Source of the DNA: an uncultured Chloroflexia bacterium
Lineage (GTDB): Bacteria > Chloroflexota > Limnocylindria > Limnocylindrales > CSP1-4
Direction of reading: 5' to 3'
Assembly: GCA_963797685.1 (NCBI GenBank)
Contig: CAWCQK010000001.1
Location: 199,127-263,126, forward strand
DNA length: 64,000 nucleotides
Shown: one piece after another, positions 54,947 to 64,000 of the stretch
Layout: the number at the start of each line of letters is the position of its first letter
Numbering within the stretch: the stretch's first letter is position 1
Program-made: the position numbers and the translations under genes
The notes under the pieces: generated by a model
The model's database searches: none
Told to the model about the DNA's origin: nothing
The model's input: the letters and a program-made list of their open reading frames with translations, nothing else

Positions 54947-57244
54947 TTACCGCCGCCGGCGGCGTTCCTTGCGACGGAATGCCAGCCGCAGGAGCGAGAC
55001 GCGCAACCGACGCTGCGCCGCCTTCAGGCTGGCGAGGCGCTCCTCCCCGAGGAGCTGATGCGCATAGACGGACTCGACCTTGGCACGCGCGACCATCTCG
55101 AGCTCCGGCCTGGAGTCGGGCAGGATCTCACTCAACACACCGGCGTACTCGTAGACCGTCTGGGCCGGCTTGGGTCCGAACCCGAACCGCGATGCAAGAC
55201 GGGTGACGGTGCCGTATGCGCCATCGGGCGAGATCGGACCCCGCGGACCGCGTCGCCAGGTGACGAACGCGAGCAGACCGACGACGAGCAGGAGCAGACC
55301 CCCGACCGCGAGCAGCGGTCCGAGCGGTCCACCTCGGCCGACGGTGACGCCCCCGAACGGGTTCGGATGTGGGTCGGTCGGCTGGTCGTCAAAGGGCCTG
55401 CGCGAAAAGGCCGGCAGACCCAGCGACGACAACGGACCGCTCGCGACCGGATTGCCCGACGGCAGCGGGGTGACCTGTGACAGGTTGCCGCCGGTCGGGT
55501 CGAACATGTACCAGCCGATATCGGGGAAGTAGACCTCGACCCATGCGTGGGCGCTGCTGAACGGGATGGTCTCGATGCCGGTGTGCGCGTCCACCGTCCC
55601 TGGCAGGAAGCCCTCGACCATCCGCGTCGGCACGCCCATGTCGCGCATCAGCACGGCCATCGTCGGCGCGTAGTACTGGCAGAAGCCCTTCTTGAAGGTC
55701 GCGAAGCACTCGACGGTCGAGATCCCTGCGCAATCGAGGTCGCGGACGTCGGTCGTGTAGGTGAAGTTCGCCGGGTCCTGGAGGATCATGGACCATCGTC
55801 TCGGCAAGGTCAAAGGGCGTCTGCGAAGGAGACGCTGCCCTGACCTTGTCCTCGAGCTTCTGGGCGTTGGCGCCGATCTGGCCTCGGCGACCTCTGGAGA
55901 TAGAGGTCCGTGATCGACTGCGGATAGTCGGTCCCGGCGTTTCGGAGCACGGCCTCGTTGATCTCGCCGGGTTTCTCGCCGTCGACCTGGGTCGAGCGCG
56001 GTCACCTTGTAGGGCGTCGTCCCGCCGCTATCGCGATCGAGGCCGGTGAAGTAGCCCGGCCCGACCGTCGTCAGGCGGCTGTCCTCCTGGACCTCGGTCG
56101 GGGTTCCCGGCGAGAAGATCGTCGTCCCATGGAAGCCGTCCGGGGCCGGTCGCACCGTGAACGTGAAGGTATGCAGACCGGTCGGTTGGGGGTCGTCGAC
56201 CATGTTGTCGAGGATCGACGAGCCGGCGGGGCGGTCGACCGTGACGGAATCGCTCGCGCTCCAGCCATTCAGTCCGATCTGGTCGAACGTTCGTGCCCGC
56301 CAGTAGTAGACGCCCTTGTCAGTCGGGTCACGGTCGATGGTCAAGGCCGTCGCGTTGCTGGTCGTCCAGACCTGCTGGACCTGCGTGTTGTCGCCGAAGG
56401 TGATGCCGATCGCCCGCGTCTGACCGCCCGTCGGAAGGAAGGGCGCGACCGCGCGTGAGATGTCGAGCAGGCTGTCCTGGACGCCATCGAAGGCGCCGGC
56501 GAGCGGCGCGGATGCGGCCGTCTGGGTGAGCAGGACCGAGCCCGCGACCGCGACGCCGATGAAGATGCTGCCGCCGCGCAGGTAGACCGACGAGATGCTC
56601 GACGGATCGCCGATCCGCCGCCGCATCCATTCGGACTGCTCGTCGAACACGTGCGACCGGATCAGCAGGAACAGCGAGGCGAGGCTGTACAGGACGAGGA
56701 ACCACAGCTGGTCGTTGACGGTCAGCGCCATGTTGGTCACGAGGACGACCCCGACCACGATCACGGCGTTCATGGGCCGCCGATGACCGAACACCGCGTA
56801 CGACGCGAACATCGAGGTCGCCCACACGAGCAGGCCGAAGACATAGATGAAGTGGAGGTACTCGATCGTCGACGGCAGGCCGCGGTAGGCGATGTCCAAG
56901 TATGCGTTGACGACCGAGTCCGAGGTCGCCTGGAACAGGTTGTGGATCGAGGTGACGGACTCGCCGGCCGGCAGTGCCCCGTAGGTCGTGATCAACGGCA
57001 CGATGAGCGCCGCGAAGATCGAGCCGATGAGATACGTCAGCCAGCGTCCCCAGCCGACCTTCGGCCCGATGAACCCGACCAGTACCCCGCCGATCGCGGC
57101 CACGACCAGGTAGTCGAGGAATTTCGCCTGTCCCAGGACCCAGCGAGCGTCATCGAGCGCCCAGGCCATCGTGAGGCAGATCAGCATGACCAGGCCGAGC
57201 GTGACCCAGCCCTCGGCGGGTGCGAGCGGGATGCGGCGCCTCAT
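54947..57244 (-). CDS. transglutaminase-like membrane protein (TgpA family); at least 2 apparent frame errors in the central region
   Basis: N-terminal 6-TM region, then a transglutaminase core Cys/His/Asp (CAGISTVECFATFKKGFCQYYA...AHAWVEVYFPDIGWYMFDPTG) and a C-terminal TM. Last gene of the MoxR-DUF58-TgpA triad. Confidence 0.75.
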   Translation of the reverse strand: MRRRIPLAPAEGWVTLGLVMLICLTMAWALDDARWVLGQAKFLDYLVVAAIGGVLVGFIGPKVGWGRWLTYLIGSIFAALIVPLITTYGALPAGESVTSIHNLFQATSDSVVNAYLDIAYRGLPSTIEYLHFIYVFGLLVWATSMFASYAVFGHRRPMNAVIVVGVVLVTNMALTVNDQLWFLVLYSLASLFLLIRSHVFDEQSEWMRRRIGDPSSISSVYLRGGSIFIGVAVAGSVLLTQTAASAPLAGAFDGVQDSLLDISRAVAPFLPTGGQTRAIGITFGDNTQVQQVWTTSNATALTIDRDPTDKGVYYWRARTFDQIGLNGWSASDSVTVDRPAGSSILDNMVDDPQPTGLHTFTFTVRPAPDGFHGTTIFSPGTPTEVQEDSRLTTVGPGYFTGLDRDSGGTTPYKVTALDPGRRRETRRDQRGRAPKRRDRLSAVDHGPLSPEVAEARSAPTPRSSRTRSGQRLLRRRPLTLPRRWSMILQDPANFTYTTDVRDLDCAGISTVECFATFKKGFCQYYAPTMAVLMRDMGVPTRMVEGFLPGTVDAHTGIETIPFSSAHAWVEVYFPDIGWYMFDPTGGNLSQVTPLPSGNPVASGPLSSLGLPAFSRRPFDDQPTDPHPNPFGGVTVGRGGPLGPLLAVGGLLLLVVGLLAFVTWRRGPRGPISPDGAYGTVTRLASRFGFGPKPAQTVYEYAGVLSEILPDSRPELEMVARAKVESVYAHQLLGEERLASLKAAQRRLRVSLLRLAFRRKERRRRR

Positions 57245-58497
57245 CGGGCCAGGACCTCGCCGAGCGGCCGACCCGGCGGGACGCCGTACGAGCGCAGATC
57301 GTATTCGGCCAGGGCGTGGCGGAGGGCGCGAGCACGCTTGGCGGCCAGCTCCTCGGCTGCGAGATCGTGCTGCGGCGTCTCATCGTTCGCCGCTGCCAGG
57401 CGCTCCACGGTGAACTTCTCGAATGCCGCCGCGTCGACGGTCACGACCACGCACGCGACGCCCCGGACGCGGAGTGCGGCGAGCGGGCGGACCCAGGCCG
57501 GATCGAGCGAGGCCGTGATGACCACGGCGGTCATCCCGCGTCGCAGCCTGCCGACGGTCGTGATCAGCGCCTCGACCAGCGGCGTGCCGCCGTCGGCCTC
57601 GACCGCAGCCAGGAGCTGCATGATCTTGAGGTGCTGTCGCCCGCCGCGGTCCGGCGGCAGGAACGCGGTCCGGCCGGCATTGACGGTCATCCCGACCGCG
57701 CGGTTCTCCTGGAGCGCCTTGTCGGCGATCGAGGCGGCCGCGCGGATGGCGGTCTCGACCGTCGAGTCCTCGCCGCGTCCGGTCTGGATCCCGCGCTGGA
57801 GGTCGAGGATGATCCACGCGTCGGCCGTCTGCTCGAGGTCGAATTCCTTGACCTGGATCTCGCCGTGGCGCGCCGTCGTCTTCCAGTGGATCCGGTTCAT
57901 CGCGTCGCCCGGCGCGTAGGGACGGACCGAGGTCGCCATCGGCGTCGTCTGGAGCGTGCGGACGGGCGACGCGTGGCTGCCCTCGAGGGCCGCCGCCGGG
58001 AGCCGCCAGCGCGGGAGCGGCTCGATCCGCGGGTAGACCACCACGGAGATCCCCTGCCCGACCGTGGCCGACGCCTCGAAGAAGCCGAACGGGTCGCCGG
58101 TCCGGATGTGGAGCGGCTCGATGCGGAAGTGTCCACGGCGCGACAGCGGAGCGCGGATGAGCCACGAGCGCTCGGTCCGTCCGCCGAGGGTGATCGCCCG
58201 GCCGGGCAGCCCGCCGGGCAGCGTCGTCGGATTGTGGATCTCGAGCCACAGCTTGGGGATCCGGCTGCCGTTGCGCAGCGTGTAGGTCACCCGCATGCGG
58301 TCGCCGACGTGGCCATGGAGCGCGCTGACCGCGTAGCCCGCCTCGAGGTCGGTCAGGCCGAGCCGAACAAGCACATACGAGCCGCCGATGACGAGGATGG
58401 CGAGATAGAGCAGGTAGAACAGGAACGGCAGCGCGGTCGAGAACGCGGCCACGATGAGGACGACGGCGACGATGAGCAGTTCGAGCTTGCGGATCAC
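57241..58497 (-). CDS. DUF58 (vWA-like) domain protein
   Basis: 418 aa. Conserved DUF58 core (YAPGDAMNRIHWKTTARHGEIQVKEFDLE). 4-nt overlap with the tgpA-like start. Confidence 0.8.
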   Translation of the reverse strand: MIRKLELLIVAVVLIVAAFSTALPFLFYLLYLAILVIGGSYVLVRLGLTDLEAGYAVSALHGHVGDRMRVTYTLRNGSRIPKLWLEIHNPTTLPGGLPGRAITLGGRTERSWLIRAPLSRRGHFRIEPLHIRTGDPFGFFEASATVGQGISVVVYPRIEPLPRWRLPAAALEGSHASPVRTLQTTPMATSVRPYAPGDAMNRIHWKTTARHGEIQVKEFDLEQTADAWIILDLQRGIQTGRGEDSTVETAIRAAASIADKALQENRAVGMTVNAGRTAFLPPDRGGRQHLKIMQLLAAVEADGGTPLVEALITTVGRLRRGMTAVVITASLDPAWVRPLAALRVRGVACVVVTVDAAAFEKFTVERLAAANDETPQHDLAAEELAAKRARALRHALAEYDLRSYGVPPGRPLGEVLAR

Positions 58498-58536
58498 CTG
58501 CCGTGTCCCTCCGCCGTGTCGCGCGATCCAGCCCGG

Positions 58537-59544
58537 TTAGCTGGAGGGGGCCGACGGGGACGCGGTCGCCGCCGCGCGGATCTCCCGCGGTCCGCCGCCG
58601 GTCGGTCGGATGCCCTCGATCGCCGTCGCCTCGAGCAGCTCGCGGACGACCTGGGCCGCCTGGACGTCGTGGATCGACGAGCTCGTCTTGATGATCAGGC
58701 GATGCGCCAGCGCGGGCTCGGCCAGCGCCTTGATGTCGTCGGGGATGACGTAGTCGCGACCGAGCAGACCGGCCAGCGCCTGGCCGGCGCGGTACAGCGC
58801 GATCGAGCCGCGCGGCGACGCGCCGAGGTAGACATCGGCGTGGGTGCGGGTGCCGTTGACCAGGCGGACGATGTAGTCCGACACCGTCGAATCGACGTAG
58901 ATCTCGCGGATGGCCGCCTGCATCTCGCGCAGGTCCTCGACGGTCAGGACTTCCTCGAGCTCGTCGAGCGGATGGGTCCGCTTCTGCTCGTCGAGGATCA
59001 CGATCTCCTCGATCGGCTGCGGGTAGCCGAGCCGGATGCGGAGCATGAACCGGTCGAGCTGCGCCTCGGGCAGCGCGAACGTGCCCTCGTACTCGATCGG
59101 GTTCTGGGTGGCGATGACGAGGAACGGATCGGGCATCGTGTAGGTCGTGCCGTCGATCGTGGCCTGCCGCTCCTCCATGCATTCGAGCAGCGAGGACTGG
59201 GTCTTGGGCGTCGCCCGGTTGATCTCGTCGGCGAGCACGACCTGGCTGAAGATCGGCCCCGGCCGGAACTCGAACTCCTGGGTCTTCTGGTTGTAGATCG
59301 ACAGCCCCGACACGTCCGAGGGCAGGAGGTCCGGGGTGAACTGGATCCGCCGGAACGAGCAACCGAGGCTGCGGGCGATCGCCTTGGCGAGGACGGTCTT
59401 GCCGGTGCCCGGGACGTCCTCGATCAGCAGGTGCCCGCGGCACAGCAGGGCCACCAGGGCGAGGCGGACCTCATGATGCTTGCCGACGATGACGCGTTCG
59501 ACGTTGGCGAGGACCTTGTCCCCGGTTTCCTGGATCTTGGTCAT
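58537..59544 (-). CDS. moxR: MoxR-family AAA+ ATPase
   Basis: 335 aa. Walker A (VPGTGKT), Walker B (LADEINRA), QNPIEYEGT, the classic MoxR signature. Confidence 0.9.
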   Translation of the reverse strand: MTKIQETGDKVLANVERVIVGKHHEVRLALVALLCRGHLLIEDVPGTGKTVLAKAIARSLGCSFRRIQFTPDLLPSDVSGLSIYNQKTQEFEFRPGPIFSQVVLADEINRATPKTQSSLLECMEERQATIDGTTYTMPDPFLVIATQNPIEYEGTFALPEAQLDRFMLRIRLGYPQPIEEIVILDEQKRTHPLDELEEVLTVEDLREMQAAIREIYVDSTVSDYIVRLVNGTRTHADVYLGASPRGSIALYRAGQALAGLLGRDYVIPDDIKALAEPALAHRLIIKTSSSIHDVQAAQVVRELLEATAIEGIRPTGGGPREIRAAATASPSAPSS

Positions 59545-59628
59545 CGGCCTCTCTCACGGGCTCTGGCGCGGTCGGGTGCGCCGAGGTCGGGGCGGGGTCG
59601 CTATCCGGTGACGGTGGACCGTCTGGCG

Positions 59629-59669
59629 ATTGTGGCAGGTGACAGATAGTACGCCCGGGGCGCCACAAT
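59629..59669. promoter_or_regulatory. inverted repeat ATTGTGGC-N25-GCCACAAT (plus GACGGT-gg-ACCGTC at about 59610-59623) in the moxR / GH63 divergent intergenic region
   Basis: Perfect 8-bp arms seen directly. Candidate operator or structured leader. Confidence 0.25.
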
Positions 59670-59765
59670 GGTTCCCGGTCAACCAGATAGATGTCGCGCG
59701 GACGCAGAACGTTCGAATCGGCCCGATTCGTCGCGTACCGTGAGCCTGGGCGTGAGTGGAGCGTG

Positions 59766-62429
<2,664 letters not shown>

Positions 62430-62449
62430 CCGCTGACTCGCTTTAGGCG

Positions 62450-62478
62450 CGGCTGCGGCGCCCGCGCCGTCAGCCGCG
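62450..62478. terminator. GC-rich hairpin GCGGCTG-N15-CAGCCGC between the convergent GH63 gene and small membrane ORF (no U-tract)
   Basis: Inverted repeat seen directly. The loop is itself partly self-complementary (CGGCGC.GCGCCG). Confidence 0.3.
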
Positions 62479-62637
62479 GATCAGAGTCACTGCACCGACC
62501 CAGACCGTCATCAGGCAGCCGATGCCGGCCATCGCGGCGAGGAAGAGCTCCCCACCGACCCACGACGCAGCCGAAACGACACCGAACAGGGCCGCCAGGA
62601 CCAGCGCCACGATGGCCAGACCGATCCGCTCGATCAT
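62470..62637 (-). CDS. small hydrophobic ORF (about 55 aa, 2 TM), hypothetical
   Basis: MIERIGLAIVALVLAALFGVVSAASWVGGELFLAAMAGIGCLMTVWVGAVTLIRG. The longer track ORF (to 62874) has an Arg-rich and PTDP-repeat N-terminus and is probably not translated. Confidence 0.3.
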   Translation of the reverse strand: MIERIGLAIVALVLAALFGVVSAASWVGGELFLAAMAGIGCLMTVWVGAVTLIRG

Positions 62638-62692
62638 CGGCCGAGGCTCGCGTGGTTCGGTAGGCTCTGCCGCCGCGACGGTCGGGCGGTCC

Positions 62693-62739
62693 GGGTCGGT
62701 CGGCGCCGCCGGGTCGGTCGGCGCCGTCGGGTCGGTCAC
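62693..62739. repeat. 18-nt tandem repeat GGGTCGGTCGGCGCCG(C/T)C, about 2.6 copies
   Basis: Seen directly, immediately 3' of the PBP stop codon. Reads as PTDP(A/T)APTDP in one frame. Confidence 0.5.
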
Positions 62740-64000
62740 TGGAGGCCGTTCAGGTACTGGGTCATGAGGTCGCCGGCGATGGGTGCCGCGACCTCGCCGC
62801 CGCGTCCGGCCTGTTCGACAAGCACGGCGATGGCGATCTTCGGGTCGTTCGCCGGGGCGAACCCGATGAACCACGAGTGCGGCTCGCCGGTGCCGCCGAG
62901 CTCGGCCGTCCCGGATTTGCCGGCGGTCACGACGCCCGGCACCGCGGCGCCGGTCGTGAACTGGCGCCCGAGCGGACCCTCGACCGCCTTGACCATGGCC
63001 GCGTTGATGACCTGCGCGTTCGCCACCGAGATGACCCTGCCAAGCGAATGCGGGCCGATCGTCCGCGTGCCGCTCCTGCCGGTCATCGCGGTCACGAGCT
63101 GCGGTTGCATCAATTCACCGTCGTTCGCGACGGTCGATGCGACCAGCGCCATCTGCAACGGCGTGACGAACGTCTCGGCCTGGCCGTACGACGCATTGGC
63201 CAGCTCGACGTCGTCGGTGAAGCCGCCGGGCTGGTTCCCGTCGCCGTTGGTCACCTGCGAAGCTGCAGTCGGAAGGTCGAACGGCAGCGGCGCCCCGAAG
63301 CCCAGCTTCTTGGCGTAGTCGACCAGGTTTGCGCCACCGGTCTGGAGCCCGGTCAGCGCGTAATAGATGTTGCACGACACCTCGGTCGCGTCGACCAGGT
63401 CGAGTGCCTTCGAACCAGTCTCGGGATGGTGGCCGTCCTTGACCCGGAAGCCATCCACCAGCAGCCCGTTCTTCTCCGACGCCGGTTGCTGCTTGTACGT
63501 CGTGTCGGGCGTGATCTTGCCCGACCCGAGACCCGCGATCGCGGTCACGATCTTGAACACCGAGCCCGGCACGTAGCGCCCCAGGGTGGCGCGTGGCAGA
63601 AGAGGCTGCTCGGGATCCGCCTGCAGGGCTGTGAACGCGGCCTTGGCGGTCGCCGGGTTGCTGATCGTCGAGGCGTCGTAGGTCGGGGTCGAGGCGAGGG
63701 CGAGGACTTCGCCGGTCTTCGGATCGAGCATGACCACCGCGCCACGGTGCTTGCCGAGCGCCGTGACGGCGGCCTTCTGGAGGTCGTACGACAGCGACAG
63801 CGTGAGGTCCTTGGGGTCGTAGCGCTGGGCACCGAACTTGGAGAACGCATCGGCGACCGGATCGCCGGCGAGGCCGGTCAGCTCGGCGTCAAAGGCTCGC
63901 TCCAGGCCGGCGCGGCCGTACAGGCTCGAGGCGTAGCCGACGACCTGGCTGATGGCGCGCCCGGCGTAGACCCGGTACTGCTCGCCGTTGGCGTCCTTCT
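62736..64000 (-). CDS. penicillin-binding protein transpeptidase (PbpA/FtsI-type), 5' end of gene outside the window
   Basis: SxxK (SVFK), SxN (SCN) and KSG (KSGTA) motifs. The frame continues without a stop to the window end (...VVMLDPKTGEVLALAS... upstream). Confidence 0.8.
   Translation of the reverse strand, partial: KDANGEQYRVYAGRAISQVVGYASSLYGRAGLERAFDAELTGLAGDPVADAFSKFGAQRYDPKDLTLSLSYDLQKAAVTALGKHRGAVVMLDPKTGEVLALASTPTYDASTISNPATAKAAFTALQADPEQPLLPRATLGRYVPGSVFKIVTAIAGLGSGKITPDTTYKQQPASEKNGLLVDGFRVKDGHHPETGSKALDLVDATEVSCNIYYALTGLQTGGANLVDYAKKLGFGAPLPFDLPTAASQVTNGDGNQPGGFTDDVELANASYGQAETFVTPLQMALVASTVANDGELMQPQLVTAMTGRSGTRTIGPHSLGRVISVANAQVINAAMVKAVEGPLGRQFTTGAAVPGVVTAGKSGTAELGGTGEPHSWFIGFAPANDPKIAIAVLVEQAGRGGEVAAPIAGDLMTQYLNGLQ

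Noticed and set aside
59691-59765. A longer GH63 start at 59691 ([16 protein letters not shown]...).
   Set aside because: The N-terminal 25 aa are Arg-rich and lack family similarity. The Met at about 59766 ([16 protein letters not shown]) aligns better with where GH63 homologs begin. This remains uncertain.

Overview
This is a very high-GC (about 72%) bacterial chromosomal segment whose gene content looks Actinobacteria-like (Thermoleophilia- or Acidimicrobiia-like). It carries mostly housekeeping and DNA-repair genes in tightly packed operons. Many gene pairs overlap by 4 nt (GTGA, ATGA or TTGA start/stop overlaps).

Genes I recognise, grouped by function:
- **DNA repair and processing:** a dprA–comM pair, an mrfA/mrfB-like pair (helicase plus DUF1998, followed by a DnaQ-like exonuclease) with a mycobacterial-type LexA box just upstream, a UvrD-type helicase fused to a Cas4/AddB-type Fe-S nuclease, rarA, and a DinB_2 family protein.
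- **Cell envelope and division:** murI, murJ, a 5'-partial penicillin-binding protein, an FtsB-like protein, and ftsH preceded by a tRNA-Met.
- **Biosynthesis and metabolism:** trpB2, tyrA, serA with a class-V aminotransferase, ppa, thpR, ychF, and a GH63 glycosidase.
- **Other:** a MoxR–DUF58–transglutaminase triad, a GAF-PAS histidine kinase next to a GYD protein, and a DEAD-box RNA helicase.

The most unusual content is two paralogous receiver-domain–ParA/MinD (CpaE/TadZ-like) ATPases. Each heads a long same-strand operon with no pilus genes. One operon is murI – DUF2342 protease – 2-hydroxyacid DH – ychF. The other is AhpD-like – RnfD-like membrane protein – comM – dprA.

I saw no transposase, integrase, CRISPR array or rRNA.

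Caveat on sequence quality: about half of the larger genes need one to five single-base frame corrections to match their families. These are clustered at roughly 8.7–8.8, 13.5–18.1, 20.9–27.4, 35.7, 37.6–39.6, 41.5–43.0, 44.8, 49.7–49.9 and 51.9–56 kb. The ones I resolved by eye (in ftsH, the M20 peptidase and mrfA) are all single-nucleotide insertions. Essential genes (ftsH, serA, murJ) are affected, so sequencing or assembly indels are more likely than biology.

Hand-derived coordinates may be off by a few nt.
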